Origin: Actinomycetota bacterium
GTDB taxonomy: Bacteria > Actinomycetota > UBA4738 > HRBIN12
Direction of reading: 5' to 3'
DNA: 64,000 bases
Assembly: GCA_036280655.1 (NCBI GenBank)
Contig: DASUQI010000037.1
Span: 8,735 to 72,734, forward strand
The notes under the pieces are model-generated. The model worked only from the letters and a program-made list of their open reading frames with translations. It was not told the origin of the DNA and searched no databases. How positions within the stretch are numbered: position 1 is the first letter of the stretch; every line of letters starts with the position of its first letter. Below, piece by piece: positions 18,463-27,421 of the stretch. The position numbers and the translations under genes are program-made.

Positions 18463-20465
18463 CCGGAGCCTCCGGCGATCGCGGGGGCCGGCTCGGGAGC
18501 GCTGGGCGAGACCTCGCGATCGGCGGCGAGCCCCGCCTTGACGCCGAACCAGCGCCAGTTCACGGCCCGGTCGCTCCGGACCAGGAGCGAGACGGCCGGC
18601 CGCTTGAAGAAGTACACGACGAACAGGTCGAGCAGGACCGACACCCCGAGAGTCAGCGCGAACCCTCGGACGGAGGAGATCGCCGTGAGGTAGAGCACGA
18701 GCGCCGCGATCGCGGTGACGAAGTCCGCCGCGACGATCGTCTTGAACGAGCGCTGGAAGCCCGGCCCCACCGCCGAGCGAGGCGACTTGCCGGCATGGAC
18801 CTCGTCCTTCAGCCGCTCGAAGAACACGATGTACGAGTCGGCGGTCACACCCAGCGAGATCACGAGGCCGGCGACGCCGGCGAGCGTCAGGTTGTAGCCG
18901 ATCGTCAGACCGGCGAGCGCCACGAGCGCGATCGCGAGGAAGCCCCAGATCGCCATCCCGACCCAGGCCACGATCGCGAGCACCCGGTAGTAGAAGAGGA
19001 GGTACAGGTAGAGCAGGATGAGGCCCGCCACGGCCGCGACGAGCCCCTGCTGGAGCGACTCGTCGCCGAGCGTCGGGCTCACCGTCTGCACCTGCTCGGT
19101 CGTGAGCGCCACCGGGAGGGCCCCTGCGTTCAGCTGGGTCGCGAGGTCCTTCGCGCGCGCTTCGGTGAAGCTGCCGGTGATCACGCCGACCCCGCCGGTG
19201 ATCGCGTTCTGCACCGTTGGTGCCGAGATCACCTCCTGGTCGACGACGATCGCGAGCTGGCGACCCTCCAGCCGCGTCGTCACGTCGGCGAACGTGTCCG
19301 CGCCCTCATCGGTCATGTCGAATTGGATCTGCCAGCCCTGGCCGACGGCCGCCCCTCCCCCCGTGTCGAAGATGGCGGTCGCGCGGTTGATCGCGTCGCC
19401 GGTGATCTCGACCGGGCCGAGCCGGTACTTCGTCTGGCCGTCGCGGTCCAGGAACACGACCTCCTCGCCGGCCAGCCGCTCGAACGAGCACTCGGCCGTC
19501 TCCCGCTCGGCCTCCGTCGAGCACGTGACGCCGGCGGCGTCGTACCCCGGCGTGGCCGGCGCGAGCACCTCGAGCACCTCGCGTTGCTCGAGCCGGGCCG
19601 TCTGGCCGATGACCTGCAGGAGGCGCTCCTGCCCCGTTTCCTGCAGGCGGGCCTCGGCGTCCTCCCGCGAGAGGAAGCAGCCGAGGTTCTCGCCCGCCGA
19701 GCTCAGCACGCAGTACTCCGCGTCCGACCGCTGGACGGTCAGCTCGGAGAGCAGCGCCTCCGCCTCCTCGGCCGTGGGGAAGCACGCGGGGCCGACGTCG
19801 CTCGACAGCGTCGCGTCACCCCTGCCCGTGACGCAGAAGGTCTGCGTCTCCTCCGTCTCGATCGCCGCGAGCTCGGTCTCGGCCTCGGCGCGCGTCGGGA
19901 AGCAGGGGCCCGCCCCGCCAAGCGCGTCGCCGGCGAAGCAGAACTCCCCCTCCTGCCGTTGGACCGAGAGGCCTTGGATCGCGGCGTCGGCCTCCTCCTG
20001 GGTCGGGAAGCAGAGGGGGTCGTCCGCGAACGGATCCCCCGCGAGGCAGACCGAGGTCACCACCGGACCGGAGGTGGCGTCGGCGAGCTGGGAGTCGGCC
20101 GCCTGCTCGCGGTCGAAGCACCCGTAGGTGACGTCCTCCGTATCGACGAGGCAGAACTGGGTCTTGTCGCGCTCCTCGATCGTCCCGCGGGCGAGCCCCG
20201 GGATCTGGACCTCGATCGTGTCGCCCGTGACGAACAGCAGGGGCTCGGCCGTGCCGAACGCGTCGATGCGGCCACGGATGTTCTCGAGCGCCTGGTCCAT
20301 CACGTCCTCGGGCGTCCCCTCGGGCGCCGAGAGGATCACCGAGATGCCGCCCTTCAGGTCGAGCCCCAGCACGGGCCGCGTCCCGGTGACGAGCAGGGCG
20401 ACGCCGGCGACGACGAGCACCAACACGAAGACGATCGACGTCCAGAGCGCGCGTGGCTTCTTCAT
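18459..20465 (-). CDS. secD: Protein translocase subunit SecD (668 aa, with an unusual Cys-rich repeat insertion in the periplasmic head).
   Basis: N-terminal TM helix, periplasmic P1 domain, C-terminal six-TM bundle (…GYNLTLAGVAGLVISLGVTADSYIVFFERLKDE…). Confidence 0.92.
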   Translation of the reverse strand: MKKPRALWTSIVFVLVLVVAGVALLVTGTRPVLGLDLKGGISVILSAPEGTPEDVMDQALENIRGRIDAFGTAEPLLFVTGDTIEVQIPGLARGTIEERDKTQFCLVDTEDVTYGCFDREQAADSQLADATSGPVVTSVCLAGDPFADDPLCFPTQEEADAAIQGLSVQRQEGEFCFAGDALGGAGPCFPTRAEAETELAAIETEETQTFCVTGRGDATLSSDVGPACFPTAEEAEALLSELTVQRSDAEYCVLSSAGENLGCFLSREDAEARLQETGQERLLQVIGQTARLEQREVLEVLAPATPGYDAAGVTCSTEAERETAECSFERLAGEEVVFLDRDGQTKYRLGPVEITGDAINRATAIFDTGGGAAVGQGWQIQFDMTDEGADTFADVTTRLEGRQLAIVVDQEVISAPTVQNAITGGVGVITGSFTEARAKDLATQLNAGALPVALTTEQVQTVSPTLGDESLQQGLVAAVAGLILLYLYLLFYYRVLAIVAWVGMAIWGFLAIALVALAGLTIGYNLTLAGVAGLVISLGVTADSYIVFFERLKDEVHAGKSPRSAVGPGFQRSFKTIVAADFVTAIAALVLYLTAISSVRGFALTLGVSVLLDLFVVYFFKRPAVSLLVRSDRAVNWRWFGVKAGLAADREVSPSAPEPAPAIAGGSG

Positions 20466-20475
20466 CGGCCGACCC

Positions 20476-21198
20476 TCATGCGAGCTCCGCGCCGTTGATG
20501 AGGAGCTTGAACCGGCAGTCGAGCACCTCGGCCGCGAGGCGGCACAGCTGCATGCGGCCGAGGAAGATCTCGAAGTACTCCATGACCTGGCTGATCTGGG
20601 TATCGATCGTGAGCTCGAGGCTCACGGTCTTGGCCGCGGAGTCCACGCGCAGGAACGACTGTTCGGCCGCGAAGTTCACGCGGTCGTGGATGTCGAACTC
20701 GATCTGCCCGGACTTGCGGACCCGGCTCCGGTGCACGTCGGACTTGTCGGCCAGGATCACGGCCGCCGAGACCGGCGACACCGCGTAGCCGTTGTCCTCC
20801 TCGTGGTTGGCGATCGCGGAGACGATCAGCGCGAGGTCGGCGGCCGGGACACGGTCCTTGAGCGACTGGTAGACCAGCACGGCGCCGGTCTGCCCGTGCG
20901 CGTACCGGCTGACCATGTTGCCGACGTCGTGGAGGTAGCCCGCCACGCACGCGAGGTTCGCCGTGTGCTCGTCGAACCCGGCACGCGTCAGGACGTTGTA
21001 CGCGATCCGCGCGGTGAGGTTGGCGTGTCGGAACCCGTGCTCCGTGTAGCCGAGCCCCTCCATCACGCGGTCGGCCGCGGTGATGAACGACGAGAGCTCG
21101 GGGTCGTCCTGGACGAGGTCGAGGGTGATGCCTTCGGGCTCGACCGTCGGTTCGACCGGCTCGATCGGGCGCGCGCCGGGCGCTGCTTCCGTGCTCAC
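20476..21198 (-). CDS. HD-domain phosphohydrolase family protein.
   Basis: Real part of track ORF 20476..21603: ...HGFRHANLTARIAYNV...YLHDVGN... (H..HD signature). The GTG start overlaps the yajC stop (GTGA). Confidence 0.72.
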   Translation of the reverse strand: MSTEAAPGARPIEPVEPTVEPEGITLDLVQDDPELSSFITAADRVMEGLGYTEHGFRHANLTARIAYNVLTRAGFDEHTANLACVAGYLHDVGNMVSRYAHGQTGAVLVYQSLKDRVPAADLALIVSAIANHEEDNGYAVSPVSAAVILADKSDVHRSRVRKSGQIEFDIHDRVNFAAEQSFLRVDSAAKTVSLELTIDTQISQVMEYFEIFLGRMQLCRLAAEVLDCRFKLLINGAELA

Positions 21199-21566
21199 GG
21201 TCCCCGGTCGACCCCTTCTTCGTCCTCGGCATCGCCGCTCTCGTCCTCGTCGTACTGCTCGTCCTCGACGAAGCGCTGCGCGATGCCCTGCCGGACCATC
21301 CTGACGCGGGTGCCGGGGGCGATCTCGACCGTGACGGTTCCCTCGTCGTCGTCGATCTCGACGATCGTGCCGTAGATGCCGCCCGTGGTCATGACCTCGT
21401 CTCCGACCTCCAGCGAGGCGAGCAGTGTCTGCTGGGCGCGCTGGCGGTTGCGCTGCGGCCGGATGAGCAGGAAGTAGAAGCCCACGATCATCAGGACCGG
21501 GAGCGCCAAGCCGATCAGCGAACCGCCGGCCTGCCCTCCCTCTTGGGCAAGGATCCCGAACACCAT
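21195..21566 (-). CDS. yajC: Preprotein translocase subunit YajC.
   Basis: 123 aa, a single TM helix, then ...LEVGDEVMTTGGIYGTIVEIDDDEGTVTVEIAPGTRVRM..., with an acidic tail. Confidence 0.85.
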   Translation of the reverse strand: MVFGILAQEGGQAGGSLIGLALPVLMIVGFYFLLIRPQRNRQRAQQTLLASLEVGDEVMTTGGIYGTIVEIDDDEGTVTVEIAPGTRVRMVRQGIAQRFVEDEQYDEDESGDAEDEEGVDRGP

Positions 21567-21642
21567 GGTTTGACGAGCCTCCTCGGGGATGACGAGGCAG
21601 CATACAGGCTACCGCTCGGTTCGCCGCAGGTAGCGGGCCGGT

Positions 21643-22674
21643 TCAGCCCAGCGGGAGCGCCCCCTCGCGGGCCACGCCGAGGTGCCGGTAGGCGCGCTCG
21701 GTGGCCAGGCGGCCCCGCGGGGTGCGCTGGAGGAACCCGAGCTGCAGCAGGTACGGCTCGACGACGTCCTCGACCGTGTCGGTCTCCTCCCCGACCGCGG
21801 CCGCCAGGGTGGACAGGCCGACCGGCCCGCCCCCGAACTTGCCCACGATCGTCGACAGGATCGCGAGGTCGAGCTTGTCCAGGCCTTCGTCGTCCACCTC
21901 GAACAGCTCGAGCCCGTCGCGGGCGACCTCGGCGGTGACATCGCCGTCGTGGCGGACCTCGGCGAAGTCCCGGACCCGCCGCAGGAGGCGGTTCGCCACC
22001 CGGGGCGTTCCCCGCGATCGACGGGCGATCTCCCCGGCCCCCTCGGCGTCCACGCTCACCGAGAGGATCCCGGCGGAGCGGTGCACGATCGCGCCGAGGT
22101 CCTCGACCGAGTAGTAGTCCAGGCGCGGGGAGAACCCGAACCGCTCGCGCAGCGGCAGCGTGATCCGGCCCGGCCGGGTGGTCGCGCCGACGAGCGTGAA
22201 CCGCGGCAGGTCGAGACGGATGCTCCGGGCGCTCGGGCCCTTGCCGAGCACGACGTCGAGCTTGAAGTCCTCGAGCGCCGGATACAGGACCTCCTCGACG
22301 GCGCGCGGCATCCGGTGGATCTCGTCGACGAACAGGACGTCGCCCTCCTCGAGGTTCGTGAGGATCGCCGCGAGGTCGCCCGGCCGGTCGAGCGCCGGGC
22401 CGGACGTCGGCTGGAACCCGACGCCGAGCTCGTTGGACACGATCCCGGCGAGCGTCGTCTTGCCGAGCCCGGGGGGACCTGAGAACAGGAGGTGGTCGAC
22501 CGTCTCGCCGCGGGCGCGGGCGCCGTCCACCAGCAGCGCCAGCTGCTCCTTGATCCGCTCCTGCCCGACGAACTCGTCGATCCGCCGCGGGCGGAGCGCG
22601 GCGTCGAACTCGCGCTCCTCCTCGGGCAACTCGGCGTCGACGATCCGCGGTTCGTCGGTCACGTCGCGCATCAC
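21643..22674 (-). CDS. ruvB: Holliday junction branch-migration helicase RuvB.
   Basis: [19 protein letters not shown]...[11 protein letters not shown]...FVDEIHR. Confidence 0.95.
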   Translation of the reverse strand: MMRDVTDEPRIVDAELPEEEREFDAALRPRRIDEFVGQERIKEQLALLVDGARARGETVDHLLFSGPPGLGKTTLAGIVSNELGVGFQPTSGPALDRPGDLAAILTNLEEGDVLFVDEIHRMPRAVEEVLYPALEDFKLDVVLGKGPSARSIRLDLPRFTLVGATTRPGRITLPLRERFGFSPRLDYYSVEDLGAIVHRSAGILSVSVDAEGAGEIARRSRGTPRVANRLLRRVRDFAEVRHDGDVTAEVARDGLELFEVDDEGLDKLDLAILSTIVGKFGGGPVGLSTLAAAVGEETDTVEDVVEPYLLQLGFLQRTPRGRLATERAYRHLGVAREGALPLG

Positions 22675-22693
22675 CCTACCCCCGTCCCGCTTC

Positions 22694-23266
22694 CTAGACC
22701 CCGCCCACCCGCTGCAGCGCCTCCCGCAGGAGGTCCTCGACGGAGCGGTCGCCGTTCGGCGCGAGGCCGTGCATCGCCTCGCTCGCCTCCTGCGGCGACA
22801 GGCCGAGCGCGAGCAGCGCCTCGCGGACGTCCGCGAGCGGACCGTCGACGATCACGATCTCGTCGCCGCCGAGCTTGTCCTTCAGGTCGAGCGCCACCCG
22901 CTGGGCGACCTTCTTGCCGACCCCGGGGACCATCGTGAGCGCCGCGACGTCGCCCGAGGAGACCGCGCGCCGCAGCGCGTCCGGCGTCATGACCGAGAGG
23001 AACGACAGCGCGACCTTCGGGCCGATGCCGTTCACCGTGACGAGGAGGTCGAACAGCTCGCGCTCGTCCGCGTTCGCGAACCCGTACAGGACCATCGCGT
23101 CGTCGCGGACGACCATCCGCGTGTACATGCGCGTCGGCCGTCCCACCGGCGGGAGCTTCGAGAGCACGGAAGCCGGGACGAGCGCCTCGTAGCCGACGCC
23201 GCCGACCGAGATCACAACGCGGCCGCCCGAGCGCTCGGCGACGTCGCCCTCGAGGAACGAGATCAC
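22694..23266 (-). CDS. ruvA: Holliday junction DNA helicase RuvA.
   Basis: [28 protein letters not shown]... plus HhH motifs ([18 protein letters not shown]). Confidence 0.9.
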   Translation of the reverse strand: MISFLEGDVAERSGGRVVISVGGVGYEALVPASVLSKLPPVGRPTRMYTRMVVRDDAMVLYGFANADERELFDLLVTVNGIGPKVALSFLSVMTPDALRRAVSSGDVAALTMVPGVGKKVAQRVALDLKDKLGGDEIVIVDGPLADVREALLALGLSPQEASEAMHGLAPNGDRSVEDLLREALQRVGGV

Positions 23267-23748
23267 GTGGCCGCCGCCTGCCTCAGCCGGGACTGGGTCA
23301 GGTGGCAGAGCGCGATCGCCACGGCGTCCACGGCATCCGGCTCGTCGGGGAGGTCGCGCAGGCCGTGGAAGCGTTCGAGCGCGTCGCGGACCTGTGCCTT
23401 GTTGGCGTTCCCCTGCCCGGTCACCGCCATCTTCACCTCGAGCGAGCCGTACTCCTCCACCCGCAGGCCCGCCTCGGCGGCGGCGAGGAGCGCCACCCCG
23501 CTCGCCCGCGCGACCCCCATCGCGCTCACGTGGTTCTTGTTCCAGGCGAGCCGCTCGATCGCGAGCGAAGCAGGCCCGTGCACGGCGATCGCGTCGCGGA
23601 CCGCCTCATAGAGGACCCGGAGGCGATCACTCTCGGGGAGGTCCGATGGGGTCCGAACCGTCTGGGCGGACAGCAGGACCGGGCTGCGGTCCTTCCGGCC
23701 GACCGCCCCCAGGCCGAGCGCGGAGACGCCCGGGTCGACCCCGAGCAC
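23263..23748 (-). CDS. ruvC: Crossover junction endodeoxyribonuclease RuvC.
   Basis: (M)LGVDPGVSALGLGAV... The GTG start at 23748 matches the usual RuvC N-terminus. The track ORF start at 23835 adds 29 atypical residues. 4-nt overlap with ruvA. Confidence 0.87.
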   Translation of the reverse strand: MLGVDPGVSALGLGAVGRKDRSPVLLSAQTVRTPSDLPESDRLRVLYEAVRDAIAVHGPASLAIERLAWNKNHVSAMGVARASGVALLAAAEAGLRVEEYGSLEVKMAVTGQGNANKAQVRDALERFHGLRDLPDEPDAVDAVAIALCHLTQSRLRQAAAT

Positions 23749-23821
23749 GCACGAATCGAACACCTGTTCAGTCTGTTCGATGCCCGAGGCCCGGTCAATC
23801 ACCCACAGGCACGTCCGGGTC

Positions 23822-25204
23822 TCACGCGACGCCATCGGTCAGCTCGACGAGTGAGCGCTTGACGCCCTCGGCGAGCTCGGGCAGCTCCGGGATCGCCTCG
23901 CCGTCCGCGCAAAGGCCGATCGCGATCCGCCCGCCGAACGAGATCGCGCTCACCCGGAGCGCGTGGTGCGGGGCGATCTCGGCGAGCGAGTAGACATCTC
24001 GGATCTGCCCTCCGGCGATGTACTGCGTGCCTGCGGGACCGCGCACGTTCGAGACGGAGAGCGCGAAGACGTGCGGATTCGACGCGATGCGGTGCGCGAG
24101 GCCGAACAGGTGCTTCGACACCTGACCGACGTCCGCGAAGACCGCGTAGAGCTGCTCGGCGTCGTGATCCTGCTTCCGCGCCCGCATCTGCTCGTTGACG
24201 GCTAGCACGCGCCGGGCTGCGTCGGCCTCCTGGACGGGGAGGTCGATGTTGACGAAGGAGTCCCGGTTCGGGACCGCGCCGGGCGCCTCCCCCTCCCGAT
24301 GCATGCTCACCGGCACCTGGACGCGCAGGCGCCCGATCGAGCCGTGGCGTTCCTCGAGCCATCGCCGCAGCCCGCCGGCGACCACGCCGAGCAGGAGGTC
24401 GTTGATCGTCACCCCCTCACCCAGGGCCTTCGAGGCGCGATGCACGGCGTCGAACGGATGGTCGACGAACGCGACCTGACGCCGTCGCCCGGCGGGCGCG
24501 TTCAGCGGCGACGTGTCACGTTCGGGAACCAGCTCGCGTCGGATCGCGCCCGGGGCGCCGCGGAGCTCCTCGAGGCTCTCCCGCAGGCGGCTGCGCGACG
24601 CGACCCGACGTCGGATCTTGTGAGCGGTGTCGCGGACCGCGTGGGCCCGGTCCGAGAGCGCGGCCGCGATCAGCTCGTTCGGCGCGGGCAACGGCTCGGC
24701 CGGGGGAAGGGGCGGGGGGTCGGGCTCGGGGTCGGTCGAGTCGCTCCACAGCAGCGCCGAACCGATCGCCATCGCCGCCTGCCCGTCGGCCATCGCATGG
24801 TGGATGCGCCAGAGCACGGCCCTGCCGCCGTCCGCGAGCGGCTCGACGACGTCGATCGACCACAGGGGCCGGTCGCGCGGCAGCCGTTCCGCCATCAGTC
24901 CGGCGACGATCTCGCGCAGCTCGCCGGCACCGACCGGGCCGGTGACGGGCACCTCGCGGACGTGGCGGCGAACGTCGAAGTTCGGGTCGTCCGCCCACAC
25001 CGGCGCGTCGAGGCGGTAGGGAGTGGTGACGATCCGCCGCCGGCAGCTCGGCGCGAGCGCGATGCGACGCGCGATCCGGTCACGGAGGAACTCGACGCCG
25101 TCGCCGGTGCGCTCGGCGACCACGACCTTGCACGTGTGGCCGACGATCGATCTGGACTCGAGCGCGAGGATGCGGGAGTCCTCGGGCGACAGTCGCTCCG
25201 CCAT
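23822..25204 (-). CDS. Wax ester synthase / diacylglycerol O-acyltransferase (WS/DGAT) family protein.
   Basis: 460 aa with the catalytic HHAMADG (HHxxxDG) motif. Confidence 0.85.
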   Translation of the reverse strand: MAERLSPEDSRILALESRSIVGHTCKVVVAERTGDGVEFLRDRIARRIALAPSCRRRIVTTPYRLDAPVWADDPNFDVRRHVREVPVTGPVGAGELREIVAGLMAERLPRDRPLWSIDVVEPLADGGRAVLWRIHHAMADGQAAMAIGSALLWSDSTDPEPDPPPLPPAEPLPAPNELIAAALSDRAHAVRDTAHKIRRRVASRSRLRESLEELRGAPGAIRRELVPERDTSPLNAPAGRRRQVAFVDHPFDAVHRASKALGEGVTINDLLLGVVAGGLRRWLEERHGSIGRLRVQVPVSMHREGEAPGAVPNRDSFVNIDLPVQEADAARRVLAVNEQMRARKQDHDAEQLYAVFADVGQVSKHLFGLAHRIASNPHVFALSVSNVRGPAGTQYIAGGQIRDVYSLAEIAPHHALRVSAISFGGRIAIGLCADGEAIPELPELAEGVKRSLVELTDGVA

Positions 25205-25252
25205 CGCGTTGGTTCTATCACGACGCCGAACGGCGCCGGCCGGAGCGTGCCG

Positions 25253-25588
25253 CTACCGCTTCGCGGGGAGCGAGCGCGCGTAGGTCGCGCCGAGCGTGAC
25301 CCACTTCGAGAGCTGTCGCTTCGTGCGCAGGTCCTCCGGCGCGACGCGGAGCCACCCCGCCATCTCCCGGCCCCGCATCTCCATCGGGCGAGCGCTCGTC
25401 GACGCGACGATCGAGTCGGACCGCTCCGGGTCGACTCGGACCAGGGCACCACCTTGGCCGCTCGCGGCGACGGCCATGTTGCCCCCGACCAGGAACGCGA
25501 GTCCCCCGAACATCTTCCGCTCGGTCACGCCACGCTCGCCGGTCAGGAGCTCCCGGATGCGGCCGGCCAGGGCCTCGTCGTACGCCAT
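25253..25588 (-). CDS. TfoX N-terminal domain family protein.
   Basis: 111 aa: MAYDEALAGRIRELL...KMFGGLAFLVGGNMAV.... Confidence 0.65.
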   Translation of the reverse strand: MAYDEALAGRIRELLTGERGVTERKMFGGLAFLVGGNMAVAASGQGGALVRVDPERSDSIVASTSARPMEMRGREMAGWLRVAPEDLRTKRQLSKWVTLGATYARSLPAKR

Positions 25589-25640
25589 GACGCGATGGTA
25601 CGCCCGGTGCGTCCGTGGCGTCCGAGTGGGGCGCTCGCGG

Positions 25641-26723
25641 CTAGGGCGTCCCCCAGTCGGGGCGCTCTGCCTGGACGCCGGGGGCGCCGGTCACCTTCCG
25701 AAGGCCGGTCCCGTCGGGTCGGATCATGAAGATCTGGCCCCGGTCCGCGCGCTGGAGGCTGAACACGATCCACTCCCCGTCGGGGGACCACGATGGTTCC
25801 AACGCGCCCTCGCCTGCTTCGAGCCGGAGCGGGATCTGATGGAGCTGGGAGCCGTCCGGACGCACGAGATACAACCGCCCGTACGGCCTCTGGAAGACGA
25901 TCCAGGCGCCGTCGGGCGACCATGCGTGGTCGTCGAACGCATAGCCCCACGGGGTGATCCGGACCGGGTCGGAGCCGTCGGCTCCCATCACGAACAGTGC
26001 CCCGGATCCCGTCGGGCTCACGCCCTGCTTCGTTCCGAAGAAGCTGAGTCGGGTGCCGTCGGGGGAATACCAGGGAGGTGCGACGGTGCCTCGGAGCAGC
26101 CGGACAAGCCCACCGCCGTCCGAGGCCCGGACCGAGTAGATCCCGTCGAGGTTGGGGTGACCGTCCTGGCCGAAGCCTTCCAGGGCGATCCGGGTCCCGT
26201 CGGGCGAAACGTCTCCGCATCCGAGGTTCAGGTCGGGGTTCTCGGTGGCGTCGAGGGGGCGAAGGTTCGATCCGTCGGGATCTACGACGGCTGGGCGCAG
26301 CGGCGCCGCCGGTCCCGCAGCGTCGTCGTTGGTGATCAGGATGCCGCTCCCGTCCGGGTACCAGACGGCGCAGGTGGTTTCGATGCCCAGATCGCGGACG
26401 GCGGTGCCGTCCGGACGCACCGTGAACCAGGCCGCGAGCCCCTCGGAGCTCGCGTCGGCGTAGAGGATGCGCCCGCCGGGGACGGCGGGGGCCGCCGGCT
26501 CTCCTCGACCGACCGGCGCGAACACCTTCCCCAGGAACACGATCGCCGCGACGGTGACGGCGGCGGCCACGAGCCCGGCCCCGATCCGGCGGTTCCGATG
26601 CTTCCGAGCGCGGATCCGCTCGAAGCGCGCGAAGGAGCCGCGGTCGGGCTGCGACGAGCCGAGGTGATCGACTTCACGGCGGAGATCGGCACCGGCGCGA
26701 CGGCCACGAGCGTCGAGCGTCAT
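25641..26723 (-). CDS. Putative anti-sigma factor: short cytoplasmic N-terminus, one TM helix, then a TolB-like (PD40) beta-propeller.
   Basis: The TM helix is IGAGLVAAAVTVAAIVFLG. Repeated SPDGTRIA / SPDGTRLSF / SPDGAWIVF / SPDGEWIVF blades follow. It sits directly downstream of an ECF sigma gene with a 4-nt overlap. Confidence 0.7.
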   Translation of the reverse strand: MTLDARGRRAGADLRREVDHLGSSQPDRGSFARFERIRARKHRNRRIGAGLVAAAVTVAAIVFLGKVFAPVGRGEPAAPAVPGGRILYADASSEGLAAWFTVRPDGTAVRDLGIETTCAVWYPDGSGILITNDDAAGPAAPLRPAVVDPDGSNLRPLDATENPDLNLGCGDVSPDGTRIALEGFGQDGHPNLDGIYSVRASDGGGLVRLLRGTVAPPWYSPDGTRLSFFGTKQGVSPTGSGALFVMGADGSDPVRITPWGYAFDDHAWSPDGAWIVFQRPYGRLYLVRPDGSQLHQIPLRLEAGEGALEPSWSPDGEWIVFSLQRADRGQIFMIRPDGTGLRKVTGAPGVQAERPDWGTP

Positions 26724-27349
26724 CCTTCCTCCTCCTCCGATCCCAGCCGGCGCGCGAGCGTCCGACGCCCGTCATGCAGCTGTCGTTTCACGGTCCCGGG
26801 CGTCACGTCGAGGATCTCGGCGACCTCGAGGACCGATCGATCCTCCAGGTAGTACAGCGTCAGGACCTGAGCCTGTCGTCGGGGAAGCGATCGGATCGCC
26901 GCCCAGAACTCCGGGTCCGCATCTGCGAGGTTCGGCAGGGCCTCCTCACGGCCGAACGCGATGCGCGCGAGGGCCTTCGCCTCGGCCGCGCGGCGCCGGA
27001 ACGACGACACGGAGAGGTTCGCCACGACGCGGCGCACCCAGGCTCCAGGCTTGTCGTACAGACCGATCCGGTCCCAGTCGCGATGGGCCGCCATGAACGC
27101 CTCCTGGGCCAGGTCCTCCGCCCCCCAGCGGGAACCGGACAGGGCATAGGCGAGGCCGACCACGCCCAGGTACTCCCGGGCGTAGAAATCCTCGAACGCC
27201 TCCGGCACCGGCCGGATCAGCGGTTCCGAACGTTCCAGCACGAGCCTGCTCCTCGCGGTGTGCTGCGGCCGCCGCACATCTTCGTACGTGAGGGTCACTC
27301 GCGCGAAGTCGTCCGGAGGTTGAATCGGAGGCTGACTGCTCGGGCGCAA
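26720..27349 (-). CDS. ECF (sigma-70 family, group 4) RNA polymerase sigma factor.
   Basis: Region 2 (…FEDFYAREYLGVVGLAYAL…AEDLAQEAFMAAHRDW…) and region 4 HTH (…QAQVLTLYYLEDRSVLEVAEILDVTPGTVKRQL…). The exact start is uncertain. Confidence 0.8.
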   Translation of the reverse strand: MRPSSQPPIQPPDDFARVTLTYEDVRRPQHTARSRLVLERSEPLIRPVPEAFEDFYAREYLGVVGLAYALSGSRWGAEDLAQEAFMAAHRDWDRIGLYDKPGAWVRRVVANLSVSSFRRRAAEAKALARIAFGREEALPNLADADPEFWAAIRSLPRRQAQVLTLYYLEDRSVLEVAEILDVTPGTVKRQLHDGRRTLARRLGSEEEEG

Positions 27350-27421
27350 CCCCTACGTGGGCGCATCCGGCCACCGGAGGAGCAGGCTCCGATGGCCGGA
27401 GTGCGCCGATCCGCTATGCCG

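Noticed and set aside
18444-20498. 684-aa plus ORF and the 20128..21375 plus ORF.
   Set aside because: Antisense to secD/HD/yajC. No signal.
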